From positions 736,001 through 800,000 of the forward strand of contig CAWCRS010000007.1 in NCBI GenBank assembly GCA_963798085.1: DNA of 64,000 bases. The letters are read 5' to 3'. Source of the DNA: an uncultured Gemmatimonadales bacterium (GTDB lineage: Bacteria; Gemmatimonadota; Gemmatimonadetes; Longimicrobiales; RSA9). Of the stretch, positions 1 to 9,904 are shown piece after piece. A program made the translations under genes and the position numbers. Within the stretch, counting starts at the first letter, position 1, and the number at the start of each line of letters is the position of its first letter. Under the pieces are notes generated by a model. It ran no database searches and was not told the origin of the DNA. It saw only the letters and a program-made list of their open reading frames with translations.

Positions 1-115
1 AGTGCAAGGTAGGAGCCCTCTGCGGAAGGCCTAGCGCGAAGCTCGACGGGCGGCCGCTGCCGAACCCGGATCGCGCTACGTCACAAGGAGTTGAAGGGCA
101 GGCGACGACCGTGCT
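1..115 (+). ncRNA. Structured non-coding segment resembling an IS110-family 5' non-coding end (bridge-RNA-like), with no transposase following
   Basis: Nested stems tagcgcga(32-39)/tcgcgcta(71-78), cggg/cccg and cggc/gccg with internal loops. The wording 'tgcaagg...gagcc..ctgcgg.aggc.tagcgc...gggcggccgc...aacccgga..cgctacgt...ggagttg' resembles IS110 leaders from memory only. Confidence 0.4.
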
Positions 116-185
116 CCGGTGCGGCGGGTGCGCAGCCGGCGGCGGCCCGGGGGCGCGGGCTGACTACGAAGTGACGTGGATCGGG

Positions 186-223
186 AAAAGCTTCGCCGGC
201 CGGCAGCACCGTGCCGGCGAAGC
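186..223 (-). terminator. Rho-independent terminator of the USP gene
   Basis: Perfect 11-bp stem gcttcgccggc(190-200)/gccggcgaagc(213-223), followed by TTTT on the minus strand, 8 nt after the USP stop. Confidence 0.65.
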
Positions 224-231
224 GGGCGGGC

Positions 232-1206
232 TCAGATTTCGTCGGCGAGTACGTCGAGGTCGTCGCCGGCCAGAGCGCGGTCCCAGGCGAGGGCGCGGGC
301 GGGCAGGACCAGTACGGGCGCTTCCGCGGCGCGGATCACCTTGTCGGCAACGCTGCCGATGACGGCGCGGCGCACCGGTCCGCGGCCGTGCGTGCCGACC
401 ACGATCAGGTCCGCGTTCTGCTCCTGCGCCTGCTGCATGATGGTCTCGGCCGGGCGGTTGGCGCCGATCACGCAGCGGTTCACGTGCGGCCACACGAGAG
501 CGGCGCGGCGCGCCATGCCGTCGAGATAATCGCTGGCCTCATTCATCGAGCGATCCAGCTCCCCGGCCGCGTCCACCATGGCGTCCGGCACATACGCCGA
601 CAGCATGGGCACGGGCGGGAACGCGATGCGCAGCAGCGTGCACGTCGCTTCGGGCGCGCGCGGCATGGCGGCGAGCGCATCGATGGCCGCTTCCAATGTC
701 GCGGACCCGTCGAGTGCTACCAGCACGTTAGCAAAGGCATGAAAGTCGGGCACGGGCGTGGTCGAGCTGCGCGGCCGCACCACCAGCATGGGCATGTGCA
801 GGCGGCGCAGCAGACGGTCTGCGACACTGCCGATCCAGGCCCGCCTGATGCCGCCGTGGCCATGGGTGCTCATGACCACCAGCTCAATGTCGCTTTCATG
901 CGCATACGTGGCGAGCAGGGGCGCGACCCCGCCCTGCAGCAGCGTCGTCACCGTGTGCAGTCCCTGATCCGCTTCCAGCGTTCTTGCCAGGGCCTCCAGG
1001 TAGGTACGTTCACGCGCCACAATGAGCGAATCGAAGCCGGTCTCGAATACGGCTGGCGCCGGCCGCACCGCTTCCGGCCGAATCGCGTTGTGCACGGAAA
1101 CCAGGTGCAGTGTGGCGCCTGTGTGCCGTGCGATGGCCATGGCGAACGGCAGGGCCTGTTCGCTGAAGGGCGAGCCATCGAGTGGCAGCATGATCCTGTT
1201 GAACAT
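232..1206 (-). CDS. Universal stress protein, tandem USP domains
   Basis: Two repeats: 'RIMLPLDGS...LVVMSTHGHGG..RAWIGSVADRLL' and 'NVLVALDGS...LIVVGTHGRG..RAVIGSVADKVI'. Start taken at MFNRI. Confidence 0.9.
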   Translation of the reverse strand: MFNRIMLPLDGSPFSEQALPFAMAIARHTGATLHLVSVHNAIRPEAVRPAPAVFETGFDSLIVARERTYLEALARTLEADQGLHTVTTLLQGGVAPLLATYAHESDIELVVMSTHGHGGIRRAWIGSVADRLLRRLHMPMLVVRPRSSTTPVPDFHAFANVLVALDGSATLEAAIDALAAMPRAPEATCTLLRIAFPPVPMLSAYVPDAMVDAAGELDRSMNEASDYLDGMARRAALVWPHVNRCVIGANRPAETIMQQAQEQNADLIVVGTHGRGPVRRAVIGSVADKVIRAAEAPVLVLPARALAWDRALAGDDLDVLADEI

Positions 1207-1438
1207 TGCGCACCTCCTCGCACGGGCATCCGATCCTCGCTCCATCATGGCCGGATGCTGCGCGTGCGTCTGCCGGAGCAATACCTCAGGAGTGTCGGGC
1301 GGAAGTGGATGTTCTGTAGGGAAAGTGTCCAGGCAGGAGAGCGCGGCTCTTGACCCGGGCCGGCACGGCCTGATCCATTACCGCCGTTCCCCCGGGTCCG
1401 AGCGACTCGGGCGACTCCCTTGCCAGGAGGCAGGCTCA

Positions 1439-3049
1439 ATGCGCACACGCGCAGGCATCCCGCAGCGCGGTCCACGATACTTCGTCGCCTGCAGCATGAT
1501 GCTGGGCCTGCTGTGCGGCGCGCAGGCCGCGCGCGCGCAGGGACGTGGTGTGGCTCCGCCGTTCCACGTCGTGGAAGCGACCATCGCGCAGATCCACGCC
1601 GCCATGCGTGCGCACCAGCTGACGGCGCACCAGCTGGTACAGCTCTACCTTGACCGTATCGCCGCGTACGACAAGCGCGGTCCCTCGATCAACGCCATCA
1701 CCCGCGTGCATCCGCGCGCGCTCGCCATTGCCGATTCACTCGATGCCATCTTTGCGAAGACAGGTCAGTTCGCAGGCGCGCTGCATGGCATTCCCGTGAT
1801 CGTGAAGGAGAATTACGACGCGTACGACCTGCCCACGACCGCGGGTGCGCGGGCACTGGCTAACAGTGTGCCACCGGATGACGCCTTCATGATTCGCAGG
1901 ATCCGCGAGGCGGGCGCCATCATCATTGCCCGGTCGAACATGGCCGAGTGGGCGTTCAGCCCGGTGGAAACGATCGGCTCGCTGCTGCCCGGCTACACGT
2001 TCAATCCGTACGCATTGAATCGCGTGACCGCCGGCTCGAGCGGTGGCACCGCGGCCGCGGTGGCCGCCAGTTTCGGCACGGTGGGCCTGGGCACGGACAC
2101 GGGCAATTCCATCCGCGGTCCGTCCTCGCATCAGGCGCTGGTCGGCATTCGCCCGACCATCGGTCTGACCAGCCGCAATGGCATCATCCCGCTCTATCTG
2201 GAGCGTGATGTGGGCGGGCCCATGACGCGCACGGTCGAGGATGTGGCGCGCATGCTGGATGTACTGGCGGGTCAGGACGCGGCGGACTCCGCCACGGCCG
2301 CGAGCCAGGGCAGGATCCCGCCCACCTACACCGCGTTCCTCGACCGCAACGCGCTGCGCGGTGCCCGGCTGGGCGTGGTGCGCCGCCTCTCCAACCGCGC
2401 GGATGGTGACAGCGAAGTCATCGCGCGCTTCGATCAGGACATTGCCCAGCTGCGCCGGCTGGGCGCCACGGTGGTGGATTCCGTGGATGTCTGGGTGCTG
2501 GATTCCGTGCGTGTAACACTGTGTTCGAGCTTCCGCCGCGACCTCGAGGCCTACCTGGCCACACTGGGCCCGGCCGCGCCGTATCACACGCTCGAGGCGA
2601 TCATCGCATCGCGTGAATACCATCCGTCAGTGGAGACGCGGCTGCGCAATGCCATGCGCGACAGCACGGCGGGCGATCCCGAGCGCTGCCGCCAGGCGGC
2701 GGAGAGCAAGGCGAGATTCCAGGAGGGACTGCACCGCATCCTCAGCGGGAATCATTTCAATGCGCTGATCTATCCCACGTGGGACAACCCGCCGCGGCTG
2801 GTGGGTGACCTCACGACACCGGCCGGCGACAACAGCCAGAATCTCGCGCCGCCTTCCGGCTTCCCGGCCATCACGGTGCCCGCGGGCTGGGTGCGCGAGG
2901 GCACACTGCCCATCGGGCTGCAGCTGCTGGGTGATGCCTGGACCGAAGGCCGTCTGATCGCACTGGCGTACGCCTGGGAGCAGGCGACGCACTACCGCAA
3001 GCCGCCGCCGTCCACGCCACCACTTCCGCAGGTTCCTCGCCGTCGCTGA
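1439..3049 (+). CDS. Amidase signature family protein, probably secreted
   Basis: LHGIPVIVKEN, GSSGG and GTDTGNSIRGP amidase motifs; N-terminal signal-like segment ending AQAARA. Confidence 0.9.
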   Translation: MRTRAGIPQRGPRYFVACSMMLGLLCGAQAARAQGRGVAPPFHVVEATIAQIHAAMRAHQLTAHQLVQLYLDRIAAYDKRGPSINAITRVHPRALAIADSLDAIFAKTGQFAGALHGIPVIVKENYDAYDLPTTAGARALANSVPPDDAFMIRRIREAGAIIIARSNMAEWAFSPVETIGSLLPGYTFNPYALNRVTAGSSGGTAAAVAASFGTVGLGTDTGNSIRGPSSHQALVGIRPTIGLTSRNGIIPLYLERDVGGPMTRTVEDVARMLDVLAGQDAADSATAASQGRIPPTYTAFLDRNALRGARLGVVRRLSNRADGDSEVIARFDQDIAQLRRLGATVVDSVDVWVLDSVRVTLCSSFRRDLEAYLATLGPAAPYHTLEAIIASREYHPSVETRLRNAMRDSTAGDPERCRQAAESKARFQEGLHRILSGNHFNALIYPTWDNPPRLVGDLTTPAGDNSQNLAPPSGFPAITVPAGWVREGTLPIGLQLLGDAWTEGRLIALAYAWEQATHYRKPPPSTPPLPQVPRRR

Positions 3050-3197
3050 TCGCGGACCCTCGCCACTGCACATGAGCGGCGGCTCGCGCCGGCGGGTCGC
3101 CCTTCTGGGTAGTACCACGCCTGCCGCCGCTCCACGCATGTTTGTCGAGAGCCCGTGTGAAGAAACGGGCGCGACATCCCGCGATGAAGGAGAGCGC

Positions 3198-4139
3198 ATG
3201 AGTACGAACCCTGTGGCCGGGGTACTGGCCGCCGCGTCGGATGAGCTGGCGGCGGCCGTCGAGAAGGCGGCGCGATCACTGGTGGCGATCCACGCGCGTC
3301 GTCGCATACCCTCGAGTGGTGTGCACTGGACGCCGGGCGTCATTGTCACCGCGCACCACACGCTGGAACGGGATCGCGACATCGAAGTTGCGCTGCCCGA
3401 CGGGACGCATGCGGCCGCGCAGATCGCGGGCCGCGACCCGGGCACCGACCTGGCGGTGCTGCGCGTGGATAACACCGAGTTCGAGACGGCGCCGCCGGCC
3501 GACGCGAACCGCCTGCGGCCGGGCAGCCTCGTGCTCGCGGTGGGCAAGCCGTCCGATGAAGGCGTGAGCGCGAGCCTGGGCATCATCAGTGCGGTGGGCG
3601 GCGAGTTCCGCACGTGGCACGGCGGCCGCATCGACCGGCTCGTGCGCCTCGACATCAGCATCCACGATGGCTTCTCCGGCGGTCCGCTGATCGACGCGAC
3701 GGGCGCCGTGCTCGGCATCAACACATCCGCGCTGGCCCGGCGGGGCGGCGGACTGACGCTGCCCGTGACGACGGTCGAGCGCGTGGTGGCGCAGCTGCTG
3801 GCGAAAGGACGCATTGCGCGCGGCTACCTGGGCGCCGGGCTGCAGCCGGTCCGCCTGCCGCCTGCGCTGCAGCAGGCGGGCGGTCGCGGTGCCAGCACGG
3901 GATTGCTGGTGACGCTCGTGAGTCCGGGCGGGCCGGCCGAGCGGGCGGGCCTCATGCTGGGCGACATCATCGTCGGATTCAATGGCTGGCCCATCCGCGA
4001 TCTGCGTGACCTGGCCGCACTGCTGGGTCCCGAGACCGTGGGCAAGCGCACGAAGCTGGAGCTGATCCGCGCAGGCCAGGCGCTGACCCTGGAGGTCGAA
4101 GTGGTCGAGCGCTCCGCGCGGGAGGACGAATGGTCATGA
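3198..4139 (+). CDS. HtrA-like S1C serine protease with C-terminal PDZ domain
   Basis: TAHH, DLAVL and GFSGGPL triad motifs; RGYLG...GPAERAGL..GDII PDZ; RBS gaaggag. Confidence 0.88.
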   Translation: MSTNPVAGVLAAASDELAAAVEKAARSLVAIHARRRIPSSGVHWTPGVIVTAHHTLERDRDIEVALPDGTHAAAQIAGRDPGTDLAVLRVDNTEFETAPPADANRLRPGSLVLAVGKPSDEGVSASLGIISAVGGEFRTWHGGRIDRLVRLDISIHDGFSGGPLIDATGAVLGINTSALARRGGGLTLPVTTVERVVAQLLAKGRIARGYLGAGLQPVRLPPALQQAGGRGASTGLLVTLVSPGGPAERAGLMLGDIIVGFNGWPIRDLRDLAALLGPETVGKRTKLELIRAGQALTLEVEVVERSAREDEWS

Positions 4140-4861
4140 ACCCGCCTAACGGGAAGTTTGGCGCGCATCCCGGCAGTACCGGCGACGACGGGTGGCGCAG
4201 AGTGACCGGCGCGACGCCGGCACTGGGCGAGGCGCTGGATCACGTGGCCCGGCTGCTGCGCGCCAGCACCGTGCAGATCACGGTTGCCGGTGGCTCCGGC
4301 GGTGCGGGTGTGGTATGGAGCGCCAATGGCGGCATCATCACGAATGCGCACGTCGCCAGACGAGATACCGTGACGGTCACGACGCCCGACGGGCGGGCGC
4401 TGCACGGGCGTGTCGAGCGACGCGACGCGCGGCGTGACCTGGCCCTGCTGCGCGTCAATGCGCAGGACCTGGTGCCCGCAGCACCGGGCGATGACAGCGC
4501 CCTGCGACCGGGTCAGCTGGTGCTCGCGTGCGGGCATCCGCTGGGCTGGACCAATGCGCTCGCGGTGGGCGTCGTGCACCGCGTCGAAGCGGGCGAACCG
4601 CCGGGCCATGCGCGCTGGATCCACGCGGATGTGCGACTGGCGCCGGGCAACTCGGGCGGCCCGCTGGCCAATGCGGCGGGACGCGTCGTCGGCATTAACA
4701 CCATGGTAGCATGGGGGCTCGGCCTGGCCATCCCGGTGTCCGCCGTGCAGCGCTTCCTGCAGGGCGCGCCCCCGCTTCGACGGAGCGCGCTCGTTCCCGC
4801 GGGCATGCGGCTGAGCCGCAACGCGCGTACGCCGCGGACGGGAGGCGAGAGAGCCAGGTGA
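4136..4861 (+). CDS. Trypsin-like serine protease without PDZ domain
   Basis: ITNAHV, DLALL and PGNSGGPL motifs; ATGA overlap with the upstream protease stop. Confidence 0.85.
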   Translation: MNPPNGKFGAHPGSTGDDGWRRVTGATPALGEALDHVARLLRASTVQITVAGGSGGAGVVWSANGGIITNAHVARRDTVTVTTPDGRALHGRVERRDARRDLALLRVNAQDLVPAAPGDDSALRPGQLVLACGHPLGWTNALAVGVVHRVEAGEPPGHARWIHADVRLAPGNSGGPLANAAGRVVGINTMVAWGLGLAIPVSAVQRFLQGAPPLRRSALVPAGMRLSRNARTPRTGGERAR

Positions 4862-5451
4862 TCCGTGTGCTCGTCGCGACAGCGCTCGAGCTGCGCTCCG
4901 CCATCGAGGCGCTGCTCGAACGGGCGCCGGACATCTTGCTCGTGCGCCAGCGGTCTGATGTGCGCCACGTGACCAGCAATGGTGGCGCGGATGTGGTGAT
5001 CGTCGACGCTGATGGGAATGCGCCGTGGCCGGGTGCGGCTGCCGTCGTCCTGCTCGCGGACCGTCCGGGCAATGTGTGGGTGGATGCGCTGCGTGCGGGC
5101 GCACGCGCCGTGGTGTCCACGCGGGCCAATGCGGAGCAGCTGCTGGCTGCCGTGCGCGCGGCCAATGCCGGGCTGGCCGTGCTGCCGGCCAGCCTTGCGC
5201 GCGGACTGACAGACGGCACACCGCACCGGGCAGGGATGACAGGTGAACCCGCGGAGCCGCTGTCACCGCGCGAAGAACAGATCCTGCGCATGCTGGCGGA
5301 GGGTCTGGGCAACAAGAGCATTGCCGGGCGCCTGGGCATTTCGCGGAACACCGTGAAGGCGCACGTTTCCTCGATCTTCGCCAAGCTGGGTGCGGGCTCG
5401 CGTGCGGAAGCAGTCGCCATCGGTGCGCGCACCGGCCTCATCATACTCTGA
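4858..5451 (+). CDS. NarL/LuxR-family regulator with degenerate receiver domain
   Basis: LSPREEQILRMLAEGLGNKSIAGRLGISRNTVKAHVSSIFAKLG LuxR HTH; GTGA overlap with the upstream gene. Confidence 0.88.
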   Translation: MIRVLVATALELRSAIEALLERAPDILLVRQRSDVRHVTSNGGADVVIVDADGNAPWPGAAAVVLLADRPGNVWVDALRAGARAVVSTRANAEQLLAAVRAANAGLAVLPASLARGLTDGTPHRAGMTGEPAEPLSPREEQILRMLAEGLGNKSIAGRLGISRNTVKAHVSSIFAKLGAGSRAEAVAIGARTGLIIL

Positions 5452-5471
5452 CAACAGGCAGTCGATAACAC

Positions 5472-7361
5472 ATGGCTTCACGCGGCCCGATGCGCACGGC
5501 CCACGGCCCGCCGTCGTTTGCGCGCGGCGAGCGCGTGCCCTGGAAGCAGCGCTTCCGGGCGCTGCGCAACCTGCCGCCGTTCCTGCGCATGATCTGGCAG
5601 ACGCACCGCGGCCTTGCCGTCGCGATCGTGGTGCTGCGCCTGGTGCGCTCGTTCGTGCCTCTGGCGGTGCTCTGGATCGGCAAGCTGATCATCGATGGCG
5701 TAGTGGGTGCGATGGCCGACCATGCGGCGAGCCGGCCCGTGCCCTGGCTGCACCTGGGCGAGCTGGTGCTGCTGGAGCTGGGCATCGCGCTCCTCGGCAA
5801 TGCCATCGCACGCACCAACAGCCTGTTCGAGGGGCTGCTGGGCGATCTGTTCAGCAACCGTGTAAGCGTACGCCTGATGGAGCATGCCGCCACACTGGAC
5901 CTGGCGCAATTCGAAGACCCCGAGTTCTACAATCACCTGGAGCGGGCCCGCCGGCAGACGGTCGGGCGCATCGGTCTGCTGAGCAGCGTGCTGGGCATGG
6001 TGCAGAGCATCATCACGCTGGCATCGCTCACGGCCGCGCTCGTGCTGTACGTGCCCTGGCTGCTCGTGCTGCTGGTCATTGCCGTGCTGCCATCGTTCAT
6101 TGGCGAGACCCACTTCGCGGCGCGCACGTACTCGCTGCTGTTCAAGTGGACGCCCGAGCGCCGCATGCTGGACTACCTGCGCTACACGGGCGCCAGCGAT
6201 GAGACGGCGAAGGAAGTCAAGCTGTTCGGCATCTCGAACTGGCTGATCCGCCGCTACGAGAAGCTGGCCAACGAGTATTTCCTCGCCAACGCGAAGCTCA
6301 CCATCCGGCACTCCCTTGTGGCGTGGCTGCTGGGTGCGGTGGGCGTGCTGGGTTACTACGGCGCCTACGCGTGGATCATCAGGCTCACGGTGCAGGGCTA
6401 CCGTTCACCGGCAGGCCTGTTCACGCTGGGCGTGCTCACGTTCCTGGCGGCATCGTTCCGGCAGAGCCGCGACCTCATTCAGGGCGTGCTGCTGGGCACA
6501 TCGCAGTTGTACGAGCAGGCGCTCTACCTGAGCGACCTGTTTACCTTCTTCGAGATGCGCCCGCGCATCGCATCGCTGCCCGGTGCGCCACCAGTGCCGC
6601 AGGTGATCCGGCGCGGGTTCGAGTTCCGCAATGTGGGCTTCCGTTATCCGGGCAGTGAGCGCTGGGCCGTGCGCCATCTCTCCTTCGTGCTGCGGCCCGG
6701 CGAGCGCCTCGCGCTGGTGGGTGAGAACGGCGCGGGCAAGACGACGCTCGCCAAGCTGCTGGCGCGTCTCTACGATCCCGACGAAGGCGAGATCCTGCTC
6801 GATGGCCAGGACCTGCGCAGCTACGACCTGGCCAGCGTGCACGCCGCGATCGGCGTGATCTTCCAGGATTTCGTGCACTACGACTTCCTGTTCCGCGAGA
6901 ACATCGGTGTCGGCGAGATCAATGCCATGGAGGATCACCCGCGCGTCCAGGAAGCAGCGCGCCGCAGCCTGGCCGCTGACGTGGTCAGTCGACTGCAGGC
7001 AGGCTACGAGCAGATGCTGGGACGGCGCTTCAATGGCGGCGTGGAGCTGTCGGGCGGCGAGTGGCAGAAGGTGGCGCTGGCCCGTGCCTACCTGCGCGAC
7101 GCACAGGTGCTGATCCTGGATGAACCCACTGCGTCGCTCGACGCACGCGCCGAGTTCGAGGTGTTCCAGCGCTTCTCCGAGCTGACACGCGGCAAGATGT
7201 CCGTCCTCATATCGCACCGCTTCTCCACCGTGCGCATGGCGGACCGCATCCTGGTGCTCGAGGGCGGGCAGATCATCGAGCAGGGCACGCACGAGGCGCT
7301 GGTCGCCCGGCGAGGCACGTACTCGGAGCTGTTCGAGCTGCAGGCCGCAGCCTACAAGTAG
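5472..7361 (+). CDS. ABC transporter, fused permease/ATP-binding protein
   Basis: N-terminal TM helices; Walker A GENGAGKT, signature LSGGEWQ, Walker B LILDEPT, ISHR. Confidence 0.92.
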   Translation: MASRGPMRTAHGPPSFARGERVPWKQRFRALRNLPPFLRMIWQTHRGLAVAIVVLRLVRSFVPLAVLWIGKLIIDGVVGAMADHAASRPVPWLHLGELVLLELGIALLGNAIARTNSLFEGLLGDLFSNRVSVRLMEHAATLDLAQFEDPEFYNHLERARRQTVGRIGLLSSVLGMVQSIITLASLTAALVLYVPWLLVLLVIAVLPSFIGETHFAARTYSLLFKWTPERRMLDYLRYTGASDETAKEVKLFGISNWLIRRYEKLANEYFLANAKLTIRHSLVAWLLGAVGVLGYYGAYAWIIRLTVQGYRSPAGLFTLGVLTFLAASFRQSRDLIQGVLLGTSQLYEQALYLSDLFTFFEMRPRIASLPGAPPVPQVIRRGFEFRNVGFRYPGSERWAVRHLSFVLRPGERLALVGENGAGKTTLAKLLARLYDPDEGEILLDGQDLRSYDLASVHAAIGVIFQDFVHYDFLFRENIGVGEINAMEDHPRVQEAARRSLAADVVSRLQAGYEQMLGRRFNGGVELSGGEWQKVALARAYLRDAQVLILDEPTASLDARAEFEVFQRFSELTRGKMSVLISHRFSTVRMADRILVLEGGQIIEQGTHEALVARRGTYSELFELQAAAYK

Positions 7362-7369
7362 CCGCCGCC

Positions 7370-9898
7370 TCAGTGCGTGCGGAAGAAGACGCGCTTGGCC
7401 GCCTCCGAAGCGAGCACGTACAACGCCACAATGAGCAGGAGCAGGCCCAGCAGCCGGGGCGAGAGTCCGGTGAGGCCAAACAGCGTGTTCGAGGGCAGGT
7501 AGATCAGCGCCAGTGTGACCGCAGTGACCACCGCCGTGGCCAGCAGCAGCGGGCGGCCGGGCCGGCTGCGGAAGAACGGGCGGCGGGTGCGGATCACCAG
7601 CAGAATGAGCAGCTCGGAGAGCACGGACTCGAGGAACCAGCCGGTTCGGAACTGCGCCACCGCCAGCGGCAGCCAGAGCAGGACGCCGAAGGTGATGTAG
7701 TCGAAGGTCGAGCTGACCAGCCCGAACGTCAGCATGAAGTTGCGGATGAAGCGCATGTCCCAGCGCCGCGGCTGCTCCACCATCTCCGGATCCAGGCTGT
7801 CCGTGGCAATGGCCATGGCCGGCAGGTCCGTGAGCACGTTGATCAGCAGGATCTGTTTGGGCAGCAGCGGCAGGAACGTCGCGAAGAGTGAGGCGCCCGC
7901 CATGCTGAACATGTTGCCGAAGCTGGCGCTGGTGGTGATGAAGATGTACTTGAGGGTGTTGGCGAAGGCGCGGCGTCCCTCGCGCACGCCGTCCGCGAGC
8001 ACGCCCAGGTCCTTCTCGAGCAGCACGATGTCCGCCGCCAGACGGGTCACGTCGACCGCGCTCTCCACGGATATGCCGACATCGGCCGCGTGCAGCGCGG
8101 GCGCGTCATTGATGCCGTCGCCGAGAAACCCCACCGCGTGGCCGTTCTTCTTGAGCGCCAGAATGATGCGCTCCTTCTGGTTGGGCTCGACCTCGGCGAA
8201 CACATCGGCCACATCGACCAGATGGCGCAGCGCCGCGTCCGTGGCCTCGCGCAGATCCTCACCGGTGACCACCGTGTCCGTGGGAATGCCGGCCTGCGCC
8301 GCCACGCGCGTCGCTACCAGCCTGTTATCACCGGTCACGACCTTGAGGCGGATGCCCAGCCGGGCGATCTCCTGGAGGTCTTCGCGGACACCTTCCTTCA
8401 GCGGATCCACCAGCGTGAGCATGCCCAGGAACGTCATGCCCTGCTCGTCCTGCTGCTGAATCGCAGCACCGGCCGGCAGCGCACGCGAAGCGACGCCCAG
8501 GCAGCGCAGGCCCGCGGAGGAGGCCTCGCGGGCACGCTGCTCGATCGCTGCGCGCAGCTCGGCGAGCGGCCGTGTGGCGCCGCCCGCCGTCACGTGATCA
8601 CAGACGTCGAGCACGTTAGCCAGAGCGCCCTTCGTCACCATGAGGGTTTCCGTCGCGGGCAAGGCGGCGCGCTCGACCAGCACGCTCAGGCGCTTGCGCA
8701 CGAAGTCGTACGGCACCTCGTCCAGCTTGCGCCAGCCTGCCGCGTCTTCGCCTGCGAGCGCGCGAATCGTGCGGTCTACCGGATTCGCGTAGCCGGACTG
8801 GAAGCTCGCGTTGAGGAACGCGGCCTGCCGGGCCTGCGCGCAGGGCGCACCCAGCGCATCGACCACGGCATCGACGCGGCTCACGCCCAGCGTGAGTGTG
8901 CCGGTCTTGTCCGTGCACAGCACGTTCATGCTGCCGAAGCTCTCGATCGAGGCCAGTCGCCGCACGATCACGCGCAGCTTCGCCAGCCGGCGCGCGCCGC
9001 TGGCCAGCGTGATGCTCACGATGGCGGGCAGCAGCTGCGGCGTGAGCCCCACGGCGAGGGCGAGTGAGAAGAGCAGGGAATCGAGCGGCGGGCGGTGCAG
9101 CCAGACGTTCACCGTGAAGATGAACAGGACGAGCACCAGCGTGATCTCGAGCAGCATGAAGCCGAAGCGTCGTATACCGTGCTCGAAATCCGTTTCCGGC
9201 GGGCGTTGCTGCAGGTGCTGGGCGATGCCGCCGTAAACCGTGCCATGCCCGGTCGCCACCACCAGGGCCCGTCCTGTGCCGCTCACCACCTGCGTGCCCA
9301 TGAACAGTGCGTTAGTACGGTCCGCGAGGGGCGCGCTCGCGGAAACCTGGCCCGGTGCCTTGTCGGCAGGGAAGGACTCGCCCGTGAGCGCCGCCTGGTC
9401 GACGAACAGATCCTTGGCTTCGAGCAGCCTGCAATCCGCGGGTACGCTGTCCCCCGCCGCCAGCTGCACGACATCGCCGGGCACCACCTCATCCGCCGGC
9501 AGCTCGTTCGCCTGCGCATCACGCAGCACCGTGGCGTGCAGGCGCACCAGCGCCAGCAGGCGCTGCAGGGCGCCCGCTGCGCCACGCTCCTGCCAGAAGC
9601 CGAGCAGGCCGCTGATGATGAGGATCGCGAGGATGATGAGGCCGTCGGTGGTCTCGCCGACGATCAATGACAGGATGGCGGCGGCGAGCAGGAGCAGCGT
9701 GATGGGGCTGCGGAACTGCGCGAGCAGCAGCGACCAGGTCGTCGATACGGCGCGTTCGCGCAGCCGGTTCGGTCCATACTGTTCGAGGCGTTGCGCGGCC
9801 GCCGCCGCGGTCAGCCCGTCCGCGGTCGCCTGCAGGCGGGCGAAGAGCTGGTCGGTCGATTCACTCCAGAACGTGGCGCTGGAAGCGTCGCCTGTCAC
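7370..9898 (-). CDS. mgtA: Magnesium-translocating P-type ATPase
   Basis: TGES, VGLTPQLLP, DKTGTLT, YDFVRKRLSV, GDGINDAP and 'NFGNMFS'-like motif typical of P3B ATPases. Confidence 0.88.
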   Translation of the reverse strand: MTGDASSATFWSESTDQLFARLQATADGLTAAAAAQRLEQYGPNRLRERAVSTTWSLLLAQFRSPITLLLLAAAILSLIVGETTDGLIILAILIISGLLGFWQERGAAGALQRLLALVRLHATVLRDAQANELPADEVVPGDVVQLAAGDSVPADCRLLEAKDLFVDQAALTGESFPADKAPGQVSASAPLADRTNALFMGTQVVSGTGRALVVATGHGTVYGGIAQHLQQRPPETDFEHGIRRFGFMLLEITLVLVLFIFTVNVWLHRPPLDSLLFSLALAVGLTPQLLPAIVSITLASGARRLAKLRVIVRRLASIESFGSMNVLCTDKTGTLTLGVSRVDAVVDALGAPCAQARQAAFLNASFQSGYANPVDRTIRALAGEDAAGWRKLDEVPYDFVRKRLSVLVERAALPATETLMVTKGALANVLDVCDHVTAGGATRPLAELRAAIEQRAREASSAGLRCLGVASRALPAGAAIQQQDEQGMTFLGMLTLVDPLKEGVREDLQEIARLGIRLKVVTGDNRLVATRVAAQAGIPTDTVVTGEDLREATDAALRHLVDVADVFAEVEPNQKERIILALKKNGHAVGFLGDGINDAPALHAADVGISVESAVDVTRLAADIVLLEKDLGVLADGVREGRRAFANTLKYIFITTSASFGNMFSMAGASLFATFLPLLPKQILLINVLTDLPAMAIATDSLDPEMVEQPRRWDMRFIRNFMLTFGLVSSTFDYITFGVLLWLPLAVAQFRTGWFLESVLSELLILLVIRTRRPFFRSRPGRPLLLATAVVTAVTLALIYLPSNTLFGLTGLSPRLLGLLLLIVALYVLASEAAKRVFFRTH

Positions 9899-9904
9899 CC
9901 CGCC

